Below, one piece after another: positions 54,858 to 64,000 of a stretch of 64,000 nucleotides of DNA. The position numbers and the translations under genes were made by a program. Under the pieces are notes generated by a model. That model did not search any database. It was not told where the DNA came from and saw only the letters and a program-made list of their open reading frames with translations. The stretch is from a virus (lineage: Duplodnaviria; Caudoviricetes). The DNA is taken from the IMG/VR virus record IMGVR_UViG_3300033066_000804, positions 404-64,403 of that record. One strand, written 5' to 3'. The number at the start of each line of letters is the position of its first letter. Within the stretch, counting starts at the first letter, position 1.

Positions 54858-57236
54858 ATGGCCAGCCATCCAGAAATGTTCGCTAAGCAGCGGGACATGA
54901 CGACCGACACCTACGGGAAGCCACGCATACCCATCGAGGGAGCCTCCAACGGAACATCCCTGGAGTACGCCCTCCGTTATGCAGCGTTAGGCTGGCGAGT
55001 ATTCCCCTGCCACAGCATCGCCGACGGTGCCTGCACATGCACGGATCCGCAGTGCGCTAGTCCGGGGAAACACCCCATCCGACAGTTGGTGCAGGATGGT
55101 CTGAAAAGCGCTAGCACCAAGGAAGATCTCATAAAGGCCTGGTGGCACCCCAAAAACGCGCCATGGGCCAACGTCGGGATCCGAACCGGTCCTGAATCCG
55201 GGTTCTGGGTGCTGGACGTGGACCCCATTAAGGGGGGCGAGGATTCTTTGGACAATCTGCTGGCCACTCACGGTGGCCTGCCGGATACCGCAGAGGCGAT
55301 CACCGGCAGTGGTGGCCGCCATATCCTGTTTGCCTACCCCCCCAATAAAAAGATCGGGTCAAGCACAAACAAGCTGGGGCCGGGCCTCGATATTCGAGGG
55401 GAGGGCGGCTACATCATTGCCGAACCCTCCCTGCATATCAGCGGCCAAGGCTATGCGTGGGAGGGCTCTAGCGACCCTCTGGAAGGCGTGGCATTGGCCG
55501 CCGCGCCTGAGTGGATATTAGGCCTGATCGAGGCTCCAGCCTCTGGCCAGCGTTCGCCTGGCCAACCTCCAACCGGACAAATGATCCCGCCTGAGCAGGT
55601 GCTTGAGCTTCGACAAGCCCTGGGTTATCTGGACGTGGACGATTACCACACCTGGGTTCAGGTTGGGATGGCGCTGCATTCCAGCGGCGCGCCCAATGCG
55701 TTCGGTCTTTGGAACGAGTGGAGCATTGGGTCAGATAAGTATTCCGCCGAAGCCATGCGCCCGAAATGGGCAACCTTCCGGGATCACCCTAACGGCGTCG
55801 GACTCACCAGCATTTTTTCCTGGGCGCAAGAACTCGGCTGGGTGAACCCGGCGACACGAGAGGCGCAGCAATTCCGGGAACGGTTCGAGGAATCAACGGG
55901 CTATTCGTTTGCGGAACTCGAAAAAGTCCCGCAGAAAATCGAAGTCGTCGCCCCTCCCAAACACACCTCTGATCCCTGGCCGGTCGCAATGCTGGATCAG
56001 GTGGAGCAATGGATCTCGGCAACGGCGCCGATCTCCTGCCAGCGAGTGTCCCAGCAAGCCGTTCTCAGCCTCGTGTCGGCGGCTACGGCTAGACGATACC
56101 GAACCCCCCAGGGGGAGCCGACCAGTCTGTACCTTGGCGTCGTATCCCGGTCGGTTGGTGAATTGCGGTTTGCCCACCAGGCGGTTTTCCAGATCATGCG
56201 CGAGTCCGGTTTGCGCCGGATGGTTCGCAACACCCGAATTCCCTCGCCAGCCTCCCTATACCGGAGTCTGATGCGATCACCGGCATTGCTGTACCAGTCG
56301 GACGACTACGGCGGCCTGGTGGCATTCGCCAGGCGCCAACCCAGCGGGGTACAAGAGTCCCTGCTGTCGCTCCTAGCGCAAATCCATGGCGGCCAGGACC
56401 TAGCCCTGGACCACATCGACGAGGCTGGGATCAAGGCCACGGCACTCGGGGACCAGCAGCCGATTTTTTATTCACCCTCCGTCACCCTCCTAGCCCTTAT
56501 TGGCCAGGACCAACTGGTGACCCTGCTGCGAACCTCAGAGCTAGGCCGGGGCGCCCTGGAGCAAATGCTCCTGGCCATTGCCGATGGGGACGACGTGGCC
56601 GGCCAAGAGCCAGTCCTACAGCCGATCCCACCTATCCTGGGGACGCACCTCTGCACCCTCCGGGGAGTGCCGCAGCAGCCCCCAGGGATCGACCTGGATC
56701 CCGAGCAACTGTTTTCCGGGAATGCCGGACTTCAGCCGATCCTCATTACCGTCCAATTCCCCAGCGACATGAGCCCTTACTACGCGCCCCTAGACCTGTC
56801 CAATGACCGAGCACTTAGGCCGGTCCTGACGGCGGCCAGGGGACACGTCCGTCGAATCGCCGCTGCACTGGCCGCTTGGCAGAACCCAAGTCAACCAGTG
56901 GCAGACGACGCGATTTGTAGCTTTGCGGCGCGTTATGTTTCCAGTAGGATAGCCGAGCTACTAGAGCAGTATGAGGTCCTGCACGGGGACGATGGGAAGC
57001 TCTCGATTTATGACCAGGTGCTGACCAAGATTTTAGAGGCCAAGCAGCACGGCATCCCTAGGCGGGCGCTAACCCAAGGGTGCTGGGCCTTTAGGAATCT
57101 ATCATCTGAAAACCGTGGGAAGCTTCTGGAATTGATGCTTTCGGACGAATCTATCTATGAGATAGAGGTTAAAAACGGAAACAGGACAGGGAAGCGTCTG
57201 GTGGCAGCGAAGTTCATCAAGCAGGTAACCAAGTAG
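54858..57236 (+). CDS. Replication protein: bifunctional primase-polymerase, PriCT-2 and DUF3987-like domains
   Basis: GWRVFPC, GKHP, NVGIRTG, VLDVD, TGSGGRH and DIRGEGGY motifs; DDYHTWVQVGMALH..W.EWS; C-terminal NTPase-like region. Confidence 0.88.
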   Translation: MASHPEMFAKQRDMTTDTYGKPRIPIEGASNGTSLEYALRYAALGWRVFPCHSIADGACTCTDPQCASPGKHPIRQLVQDGLKSASTKEDLIKAWWHPKNAPWANVGIRTGPESGFWVLDVDPIKGGEDSLDNLLATHGGLPDTAEAITGSGGRHILFAYPPNKKIGSSTNKLGPGLDIRGEGGYIIAEPSLHISGQGYAWEGSSDPLEGVALAAAPEWILGLIEAPASGQRSPGQPPTGQMIPPEQVLELRQALGYLDVDDYHTWVQVGMALHSSGAPNAFGLWNEWSIGSDKYSAEAMRPKWATFRDHPNGVGLTSIFSWAQELGWVNPATREAQQFRERFEESTGYSFAELEKVPQKIEVVAPPKHTSDPWPVAMLDQVEQWISATAPISCQRVSQQAVLSLVSAATARRYRTPQGEPTSLYLGVVSRSVGELRFAHQAVFQIMRESGLRRMVRNTRIPSPASLYRSLMRSPALLYQSDDYGGLVAFARRQPSGVQESLLSLLAQIHGGQDLALDHIDEAGIKATALGDQQPIFYSPSVTLLALIGQDQLVTLLRTSELGRGALEQMLLAIADGDDVAGQEPVLQPIPPILGTHLCTLRGVPQQPPGIDLDPEQLFSGNAGLQPILITVQFPSDMSPYYAPLDLSNDRALRPVLTAARGHVRRIAAALAAWQNPSQPVADDAICSFAARYVSSRIAELLEQYEVLHGDDGKLSIYDQVLTKILEAKQHGIPRRALTQGCWAFRNLSSENRGKLLELMLSDESIYEIEVKNGNRTGKRLVAAKFIKQVTK

Positions 57237-57270
57237 GTTTGATATGAACGACAAAATACATATTTCATTC

Positions 57271-57456
57271 CTCTACGCCTCTCAACACGTTTTTCCTTGC
57301 TGGATCAGCAAGTTACAGATCGTTGAGACATTGAGCCTCGCGCGCGCATGTAGGGTGTAGTAATTAAAAAAGTAAAACCCCCTTATACATCAACGTCTCA
57401 ACGTTTGACTAACTCATTGAACCATAAAAGAAATAAGGCGTTGAGAGGCATTGAGG
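57271..57456. other. Probable replication origin with inverted TCTCAAC/GTTGAGA sites
   Basis: Sites at 57280, 57322, 57396 and 57440 in alternating orientation within AT-rich non-coding DNA after the replicase gene. Confidence 0.55.
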
Positions 57457-57786
57457 GGCATCTACAGGTTAGGTTGACAGGATTTACCTTTAGGGAACTA
57501 GACATGCTAAAAGAACTAAATTCAAGCAAAATGGGCCGGAACAGTTCCCTCCCGGATTCCAAAAGGCAGGTCGGTAACCAGGATGGGGTCACGTTTTGTT
57601 ACCCCATCGCGTCAAGGGGTCCTGTTCAACCGGATCCCTTGGTATCTGGAACGAACAGCGGCAATCCATAGGCCCCCTCAAGTCATGGCCGCCACCCGCC
57701 TTTACAACCATGAAGAAGGGAACTATGCTTTCTACGTCGCCCCCCGTGGGCGGCCGGGTATGACAGCCCGCAATCCGAGCGCCCAG

Positions 57787-57810
57787 GCGCTCACCCAGAG
57801 CGCTTTTTTT
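57787..57810 (+). terminator. Attenuator-like terminator with a competing hairpin
   Basis: GCGCTC-ACCCA-GAGCGC-T7; alternative hairpin GAGCGC-CCAG-GCGCTC at 57777-57792. Confidence 0.65.
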
Positions 57811-57825
57811 GTGCCCCCAGTTTCT

Positions 57826-57897
57826 GGCGGGTGCAACGGGGGCGCCCTCGGGCGCACCGCCCCTCGGAGCGGTACTGTCATCCCCGTTGCATCCGCC
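57826..57897 (+). ncRNA. C4/P4 CI-type antisense RNA
   Basis: 16-bp closing stem, two inner hairpins; single-stranded CTGTCAT complementary to ATGACAG at 57760 and 57910. Confidence 0.75.
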
Positions 57898-57956
57898 TCC
57901 CAATTCCTTATGACAGAGGAACGAGGCGGTTCTCAAGCCTACTCGAGGATCGTTCT

Positions 57957-58298
57957 ATGACTAACTCCCTCCTTCCCGTTTCCGCCGTGTCCCTGTCCAA
58001 TGGCCGCCCGATGACCCTCAGTCAGTCGGTGGCCGAAGTGTTTGAGAAGGAGCACTTCAACGTACTGCGAGACATCGATGGCCTAGGATGTTCCGCTGAG
58101 TTTCGTCGCCTCAATTTTGAGGCTACGTTCCGGGCGGTCCCTGGCCCCAACGGGGCGACGCGCCAGGAGCGCTGTTTCGAGATGACCAAGGACGGCTTCA
58201 CGATCCTCGCCATGGGCTACACCGGCGCCAAGGCGATTAAGACTGGAACGAGGAGCGGTACGCGCCTGGTACTTACCGGGATTCGCTCCCATGGCTGA
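57957..58298 (+). CDS. rha: Rha-family regulator, C-terminally truncated
   Basis: SQSVAEVFEKEHFNVLRDI...MTKDGFTILAMGYTGAKA, then unrelated sequence. Confidence 0.8.
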   Translation: MTNSLLPVSAVSLSNGRPMTLSQSVAEVFEKEHFNVLRDIDGLGCSAEFRRLNFEATFRAVPGPNGATRQERCFEMTKDGFTILAMGYTGAKAIKTGTRSGTRLVLTGIRSHG

Positions 58299-59712
58299 GC
58301 TAACCCCCTCCCAACAAGCAGCCCTAAACACCCTCCTGGACTTCGCCCAAGGCAAGCTGGATACGACCCTGGCCGTGCTGTCCGGATGGGCTGGGACAGG
58401 AAAGACATTCCTTGTCGCCCAGATCCTGACCATGCTCCCGAATCACCTTTCCATCGCTGTCGCCGCACCGACGAACAAGGCGGTTCGGGTGCTGCGGGAA
58501 AAGTTGGCCGAAGCGGGTGTCCTCATGGATGATGATCCGGTTGAGCCGGGGACTGACCGGCAGGATGCCGAAACCATCGCCTTTGGCTCCGTCCATTCGT
58601 TCCTGGGCCTGCAACTGTCCGAGCGAGACGACGGCACCCAGGAATGCCGGGCATCGAGAGACCCCACCTTGCACCGCTACAACCTGGTGGTGGTGGACGA
58701 GTGCTCGATGATCGGGGAGGACCTGTTCCGCCAACTGGTCCTGTCCAAGCGACAAGCGCGAATTCTTTTCGTCGGCGACCCGGCGCAACTACCGCCGATC
58801 CAATCCAGCGACGCGATCAGCCCGGCATTCTCCCAGGTGCAATTACAGGTGCGGCTGAACGAGATCGTTCGGCAAGCTGAAGACAATCCCATCATTGCCC
58901 TGTCGGTCAAGATTCGCCAGGCCATGGAGGTCGGTAACCGCATTGACGCGATCACCATGGCGTCCGTCCTGCCCCCCCTGCCGGCCAAAGCCGCCCTGGT
59001 CGCTGGCGACTCCCGCACCATTGCCGAATTCGCCCTCTGGGAGCTTAGGGAGGGCCGTGATGCCCGCGTGGTGGCATTCACTAACGCCAACGTGCAGATG
59101 TTTAACCGCTACATCCACGACGCCCTACACGGCCTGACAGAGCACGCCTTCGTGCCTGGCGAAAAAGTCATCATCCACCAGCAGACCAGCGGCTACTACC
59201 TGGACGATGACGGGAACATGTCGGTCGGGTCCACGACTCTGATCACGAGCGAAGAGGCCGAAATCGTCAGTCTGGAGCGCAAGGATCACCCCCTGTACCC
59301 AACCGTGCCCTCCCTGTGGGTCCGCCTGCGCCGCGAGGACGATTCCCTTGTGGGCGTGTTCCTGGCCATCTCCCAGGACGACGTGGAGCGAGCCGTCACC
59401 CAAGGATTCGCCGAATGGCGGAGACTCAAGTCCATGTCCAATGCCGCCGAATTGCTGGGCCAGCACAAAGAAGCCCAATCCCTGCTTTACGACTCCAAAA
59501 AAGCCTCAGCGCAAGCTTGGAGCCTGCGCCGGTCCTTCGCCCCTCTGCGACATGCCTACGCCCTCACGGCACACAAATCCCAGGGCAGTACGTTCGATTC
59601 AGCCATCGTCGATTTGAACGACCTGGGGAAGATGAAAAGCTCATTCCAGTTCAATCGCGCCCTTTACGTCGCAGCAACCCGAGCTCGCGAGCACCTCGCC
59701 ATCGTCGCATGA
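58291..59712 (+). CDS. SF1B helicase (T4 Dda/RecD-like)
   Basis: GWAGTGKT, APTNKA, VVDECSM, VGDPAQLPP, AYALTAHKSQGSTF and LYVAATRA motifs. Confidence 0.92.
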   Translation: MAELTPSQQAALNTLLDFAQGKLDTTLAVLSGWAGTGKTFLVAQILTMLPNHLSIAVAAPTNKAVRVLREKLAEAGVLMDDDPVEPGTDRQDAETIAFGSVHSFLGLQLSERDDGTQECRASRDPTLHRYNLVVVDECSMIGEDLFRQLVLSKRQARILFVGDPAQLPPIQSSDAISPAFSQVQLQVRLNEIVRQAEDNPIIALSVKIRQAMEVGNRIDAITMASVLPPLPAKAALVAGDSRTIAEFALWELREGRDARVVAFTNANVQMFNRYIHDALHGLTEHAFVPGEKVIIHQQTSGYYLDDDGNMSVGSTTLITSEEAEIVSLERKDHPLYPTVPSLWVRLRREDDSLVGVFLAISQDDVERAVTQGFAEWRRLKSMSNAAELLGQHKEAQSLLYDSKKASAQAWSLRRSFAPLRHAYALTAHKSQGSTFDSAIVDLNDLGKMKSSFQFNRALYVAATRAREHLAIVA

Positions 59713-60062
59713 GCAGCAGTAACCTAGAAGAATTGTTTTCATATTATGTCCGGGTCGCAGGATTGCCAACGCCGGAACGGGAAATCAGACCGATCCCTAG
59801 TCGCCGATGGCGCGTGGACTTCGCCTGGCCAAGCCATCGCATCGCCCTGGAAATTGAAGGCGGCTCATGGAATGGCGGTCGGCATACCCGAGGAGCAGGG
59901 TTCGAGCAGGACTGCGAAAAATACAATGCCATCGCATTGGATGGATGGACGCTCATTCGAGTGACCGGCGCCATGATTCGAGATGGGCGGGCATTGAAAA
60001 CAACCGAACAGGCTATCGCCATGGCTCAAGAGATTAAGGCACAAAGCCTGGAGCGTGAGTAA
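59709..60062 (+). CDS. PD-(D/E)XK endonuclease (DUF559/Vsr-like)
   Basis: RRWRVDFAW, ALEIEGG and DCEKYNA motifs. Confidence 0.85.
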   Translation: MSSSNLEELFSYYVRVAGLPTPEREIRPIPSRRWRVDFAWPSHRIALEIEGGSWNGGRHTRGAGFEQDCEKYNAIALDGWTLIRVTGAMIRDGRALKTTEQAIAMAQEIKAQSLERE

Positions 60063-60546
60063 TGACTTGTCGAACCTGTATTTACCTGGGATCGACTGGG
60101 TGCCAGAAAACATCAAGCCCATTGAAAGGGTGCGTTTTGCAATTGGAGAAGGCGGAATGAGTGTCGAGACTAACCGTTTGGTTGCAGTGACTGTGGTCCC
60201 TGCTAAGGATGGGACCTATTTGTTGATCCCAATAATTAGCGAGCCCGGCACAACTAGAGAACGAGATGTCGATGAAGGCATAACTGTGGATTTTGAACGG
60301 GCACCAGTGATTGCTTGGCGGGTGATGTCCTACAAGGGAATCTGTTTAGATCGAGATGAGGAATTCCCAGTAGTCCTTGGCGGCATGGGCGATGCTGAGG
60401 AAGGGTTTATCTTGCTCCCTGATGGCCGAGTTTGGTCGTATTCATTCGACAGGTTCTTCCCGAGCGTTTCAGATTGCTTGAAATATGTCCAAAGAATCGA
60501 GCGACGAACTGTAGCAACCCATCATTGTGCCTGCGGTGAATGCTAA
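60055..60546 (+). CDS. Hypothetical protein
   Basis: GTG start overlapping the previous gene; lower GC. Confidence 0.5.
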   Translation: MSNDLSNLYLPGIDWVPENIKPIERVRFAIGEGGMSVETNRLVAVTVVPAKDGTYLLIPIISEPGTTRERDVDEGITVDFERAPVIAWRVMSYKGICLDRDEEFPVVLGGMGDAEEGFILLPDGRVWSYSFDRFFPSVSDCLKYVQRIERRTVATHHCACGEC

Positions 60547-60737
60547 TGCGAACCTGCAATGCCTGCACCCACAAAATGACCTGCTACGCGAATGCAGCAG
60601 TCCACGATCTGATCCGGGATTTTCGCCTGCTGGCCCTGGACCGCATCGAGGCCGGGAAGTGCGAATGCCCAGGTACGGTGGACGGCCTGTTCCAGGCTCT
60701 CTGTGACGCCTGCACGGCATTCGTGGAGACGGAGTGA
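60546..60737 (+). CDS. Cys-rich hypothetical protein
   Basis: TAATG-coupled; CNACTH. Confidence 0.55.
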   Translation: MRTCNACTHKMTCYANAAVHDLIRDFRLLALDRIEAGKCECPGTVDGLFQALCDACTAFVETE

Positions 60738-60743
60738 TCAGAA

Positions 60744-61010
60744 ATGAAGCGTAAAAAACTTTGGGCAATCCTGGTCCCAGGCAGTTGGGAATACTTCCCG
60801 GCCAGCAGTAAGGCCGAGGCAAAACGGGATCAAAGGCGCCACAATTCGTGGCTCGCGGAGTGGTACGTACGGCAGAAAGAATGTTCATCGCGTTTACTTC
60901 CGGAAGAAAAAAGCTGTCGAGCGCGTGTCGTTCGGTGGCCTTTCGGCAGGAAGGCATATGCGCGGGCTATGTCAGATATGGCCGATATGAGGCGTTGTGG
61001 GGAGCTTTGA
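60744..61010 (+). CDS. Hypothetical protein
   Basis: Packed ORF in the rightward operon. Confidence 0.5.
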   Translation: MKRKKLWAILVPGSWEYFPASSKAEAKRDQRRHNSWLAEWYVRQKECSSRLLPEEKSCRARVVRWPFGRKAYARAMSDMADMRRCGEL

Positions 61011-61026
61011 TGTGGAGCGCGATGCA

Positions 61027-61299
61027 ATGAAATCGTCAAGACCGCACCCCCTTGAAAGCGTTGTTCTTCGCATGGCTGATGCAGGGGAAATTCTGGATGT
61101 AACAACAGTGGCATGTGCGCTGGCTGGAGGGTTATTTCGGGAGAAAAAAGGGCGAAATGCGTACAGGGTGGTGGCCGCAGACGTGCTTGGTTACATGACG
61201 AGTCAAGGAAAACTCATCCAGCACGGAGACTTCGGCCCACGCCCAGAGGATGGCGGCCCATATTTCACCGCAAAGCTTTGGACGCGCAGGAGTGAATGA
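61027..61299 (+). CDS. Hypothetical protein
   Basis: RBS GGAG. Confidence 0.5.
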   Translation: MKSSRPHPLESVVLRMADAGEILDVTTVACALAGGLFREKKGRNAYRVVAADVLGYMTSQGKLIQHGDFGPRPEDGGPYFTAKLWTRRSE

Positions 61300-61300
61300 A

Positions 61301-61741
61301 ATGACGCGCCCAAGCTGGGACGAACACTGGCTCAAAGCGGCTGACCTGTCCGCTGAAATGTCCACTTGTGCCAGCGGCAGAAGTGTTGGCGCAGTAGCGG
61401 TACAGGACCGCCGCATTGTCGCCAGCGGGTTCAACGGTGTCCCGGCGCGGATCAAGCACCCCGATGTTTGCCTGCGCCGGGAATACGGAATCCCCAGCGG
61501 CGAGCAGCCTCATCTGTGCGGGTGCCAACATGCCGAGGCCAATTGCATATCCAATGCGGCTAGGCATGGCGCGATCCTATTGGGGGCGACGATCTATGTG
61601 ACCTGCCAACCCTGCCAGACTTGCATGGGAATGTTGGCGAATGTGGGAATTGCTAGGGTGGTGTTTCGTGGCGCGTACCCGGATAGCCGGTCGCTGGATT
61701 TGGCCGCCGAGGTGGGTATTCGGGTGGATCAATTGCCATGA
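61301..61741 (+). CDS. dCMP deaminase family protein
   Basis: RPSWDEHW, VASGFNG, HAEANCI and PCQTC motifs. Confidence 0.92.
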   Translation: MTRPSWDEHWLKAADLSAEMSTCASGRSVGAVAVQDRRIVASGFNGVPARIKHPDVCLRREYGIPSGEQPHLCGCQHAEANCISNAARHGAILLGATIYVTCQPCQTCMGMLANVGIARVVFRGAYPDSRSLDLAAEVGIRVDQLP

Positions 61742-62331
61742 GCGACTACAACCTAACCCTCACCATCCGCAATGGCCTGCTGCTGTCGAAAATGCGCCAG
61801 GCCGGGCTGAGCACTGCTGCCGAGTTATCGAGAGCGACGGGCGTTGGTCAGACGGATATTGGCGAATATCTGCGACTATTGAAGAGCCCCTACAGAGCAC
61901 AAACTGGTGAGTTGAAGCGCTCGGCTGAAAAGCTCTGCGACTATTTCGGGTGTATCATTGAGGAGCTATTCCCTAGGGAACATCTGTATAGACCGATGAC
62001 GTCCAATCGGTACGAAGCCGACATATCCGCTGATAAGCTAGGCATTCTGTGCGGTCTGCGAGAGCCAATTGCGTTGGAAGATTTAGCGGATTCAGAGGAT
62101 GAACAGGGCCAGCGGTTTAATGTGCTGTTCAAGATTGCAGAACTCAATCCCCATGAGCAGGCGATAATCAATTCACGCTTTGTTGATGAATTGGGCCTGG
62201 AGCAATCCGGGGCTAAAATCGGGGTCTCGAAAGAGCGGGCCAGGCAGATTGAAATGAAAGCGCTGCGAAAACTGCGGAAGTTCGGTTCGGTCATTCACGA
62301 GAAGTGGAGGGGCGAGAAGTATGAGCTGTGA
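61738..62331 (+). CDS. HTH plus sigma70 region-4-like protein
   Basis: N-terminal XRE-like HTH; C-terminal LEQSGAKIGVSKERARQIEMKALRKLR. Confidence 0.8.
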   Translation: MSDYNLTLTIRNGLLLSKMRQAGLSTAAELSRATGVGQTDIGEYLRLLKSPYRAQTGELKRSAEKLCDYFGCIIEELFPREHLYRPMTSNRYEADISADKLGILCGLREPIALEDLADSEDEQGQRFNVLFKIAELNPHEQAIINSRFVDELGLEQSGAKIGVSKERARQIEMKALRKLRKFGSVIHEKWRGEKYEL

Positions 62332-62454
62332 TTCCTGCCTACATGGCAGAAACCAAGGCCAGTGTCTGATAGGGCGCCTCGGGTTCCCCATGATCGGGGC
62401 GGGGTGTGCGAAGGTTGTTTATTGGGAGCGTCTGACTAACGAGAAGCCCCAGGA

Positions 62455-63126
62455 ATGATTGAGCTATTCACCTGCCCTCGTTATGCCGGCGGCCTGCGAC
62501 TAACCCCAATGTCTTGCGCGTCTCAATGGAGGCGCGGGAAAGACGCGCTTCCGTGGCAGTCGATCTATCCCTGCCGGGGTTGCGAGATCGGCGCGGTGAA
62601 CGCCGGGGAGCCGCTGCCGGCCAAAGCGCCGGGCCGAACCCTGTGCTGCCGGTGCGGGAGAACGGGACTGAGGTTGGTGCGTGGGCAAATTTGCGTGAGT
62701 TGCTACAACCGGGAGCGCGAGGTCCGGATCGGTAAGGATCGCCGGGGCAACGTGCCGAGGTCGGCACCTCCCGCATTTTCTCTTGCGCTGATGCTTAGCA
62801 ATGGCGACTCGTTTCGCGCCATGGCCACAAATCGGATCGAGTTGGCGATGTTCGCGGCTAGGAAGTTCCCAGGCGTTCACATGGCTCGCTATTTCATGGC
62901 GCCCCAGTCGGCCCAGGCGCGGCTGTTTACTGGCCTGGCAGCGAGGGTCCCGGCGAGAAGGATACTGGGAGCGCGAGAGGCGCCAATCTGGGTGCCTGTC
63001 ACTATCAGGCGACCGTCGCTTCCGGTCCATGGGGATGCCCTGCCAGTGCGCGGTTCAGTCTTCTCATGGCCGGCACCGTCGTTGCCGGTCCCTAATTTTT
63101 CCATGTCGTTCTGGGGTGGCCTGTGA
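62455..63126 (+). CDS. Cys-rich hypothetical protein
   Basis: CRGCEIG, CCRCGR and CVSCYNR motifs. Confidence 0.65.
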   Translation: MIELFTCPRYAGGLRLTPMSCASQWRRGKDALPWQSIYPCRGCEIGAVNAGEPLPAKAPGRTLCCRCGRTGLRLVRGQICVSCYNREREVRIGKDRRGNVPRSAPPAFSLALMLSNGDSFRAMATNRIELAMFAARKFPGVHMARYFMAPQSAQARLFTGLAARVPARRILGAREAPIWVPVTIRRPSLPVHGDALPVRGSVFSWPAPSLPVPNFSMSFWGGL

Positions 63127-63383
63127 GCAACTGGGCAATTACTGACCATGTTTGTCGCATCTGTTTCGGTCGCCTGCTGGTCGGGCCAAAGCCGGATAAA
63201 GGCCAGCACCCCAGGGTGCAATGCGCCGACTGCGGGATCTATGTGGATGGCCCGATTAAGAGCCTGTGCTGTTGCGGGGCAAAGCTCCCAAATGGTAAGC
63301 CAGCGGGTTTTCGCTGTGCGCCGAACGCGAACAAATGCCCGGAGAGCCCCACTGAGGTGGTGGTTGAGTACGCGGCTGGGTGA
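63123..63383 (+). CDS. Cys-rich hypothetical protein
   Basis: CRICFGR, CADCG, CCCG; GTG-coupled. Confidence 0.65.
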   Translation: MSNWAITDHVCRICFGRLLVGPKPDKGQHPRVQCADCGIYVDGPIKSLCCCGAKLPNGKPAGFRCAPNANKCPESPTEVVVEYAAG

Positions 63384-63506
63384 TCGTCAAGTTGGTGTCA
63401 AAATGCGTCAAGTTCTCATTTGACGGTTGACATTTTGATGATTTACTTTCTTGTAACTCTGCGGTCGTGATTGTTTGCTACTAGAACGCCCAACCCTATT
63501 GAGTAA

Positions 63507-64000
63507 ATGACGATGCTTCAGCCGCTATTTCTGGTTTTTTCCAAGTCTTTTGTCGGACAGCATATGCGTCGGCTGAAGTCCGGGAAGATTGTTACTGTTG
63601 GACCCTACTACGACAAGCGTACTAGGAAAGGGATGGAGCATGCCCATGCTGAACATGGCCATGATCTGGGCGCCTTGAGCGATGAGCAAAAAGCCCTGTT
63701 TGAGCGGATGCACAAAGAACAGCATTTGCTACACCATTACCATGGTCACGCCCTGCGGAAACGGATTGCCGAACACGCTGAAGCTATCAAGTCCCTGACG
63801 GAAACCGCCAAAGCGCACCGAGCCGCTGGAAAAGAGGTGGAGGCGACTCAGGCCATTAACCGAGCACTGAAGCGCAAGAGTGACCTGCTGAGGCACCAGA
63901 AAGAGCTTGCCGATGTAGATGCCAAGGTGGCGGGCATTGGCGCCATGAAAGATCGCTTGGTTTCCGGGTCTGGTTCGGTATCAGACAGTACCGATGAGTC
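63507..64000 (+). CDS. Start of a probable virion-internal protein (runs off the window; not in the ORF track)
   Basis: Read by hand: MTMLQPLFLVFSKSFVGQHMRRLKSGKIVTVGPYYDKR..., open to the window end; motif shared with 15894. Confidence 0.75.
   Translation, partial: MTMLQPLFLVFSKSFVGQHMRRLKSGKIVTVGPYYDKRTRKGMEHAHAEHGHDLGALSDEQKALFERMHKEQHLLHHYHGHALRKRIAEHAEAIKSLTETAKAHRAAGKEVEATQAINRALKRKSDLLRHQKELADVDAKVAGIGAMKDRLVSGSGSVSDSTDE

Larger units (their letters stand above)
1..64000. mobile_element. Myovirus-type bacteriophage genome segment, apparently unintegrated
   Basis: Continuous phage gene order from portal to baseplate, then early and replication blocks. No host housekeeping genes. The att-like tRNA fragment has phage DNA on both sides. 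Terminase is not in the window. Confidence 0.95.

Noticed and set aside
63464-63479. GTCGTGA upstream of the 63507 gene
   Set aside because: Lacks the conserved A of the hexamer; it may be a variant promoter but is not supported enough to list.

Overview
The window is a contiguous 64 kb of a GC-rich (roughly 60%, by eye) contractile-tailed dsDNA phage genome, probably from a Gram-negative host. It has three blocks. (1) 59-37758 (+): virion and lysis genes (portal, protease, scaffold, capsid, fibres, GH19 endolysin, sheath, tube, tape measure, baseplate, adsorption proteins). The structural proteins resemble those of SPO1/Twort-type myoviruses as I recall them, and several genes share a candidate late-promoter motif GTCGTGA-N4-A-N3-T. 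(2) 37765-53829 (-): early and accessory genes. These include small promoter/operator/HTH or RHH cassettes, an intact attP-like site (3' part of tRNA-Val(CAC)) with no integrase, and a Sak4/SSB/Cas4-like/SF2-helicase module. (3) 54193-64000 (+): cro, a Prim-Pol replicase, an origin-like region, a C4-type antisense RNA with a truncated rha, a Dda-like helicase, dCMP deaminase, a sigma-like protein and the start of a probable virion-internal protein. The strongest signal is at 46.5-47.8 kb: a stand-alone Cas7/RAMP-like gene flanked on both sides by six tracts of about 10-11 GG(C/T/A)NN pentamers, separated by four three-hairpin spacers with compensatory base changes. This looks like an RNA-guided, VIPR-like system. 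The lambdoid OL/OR switch is present, but no repressor gene fits between the operators. No terminase, integrase or cI is in the window. All family assignments come from motifs read by eye; no database search was run.
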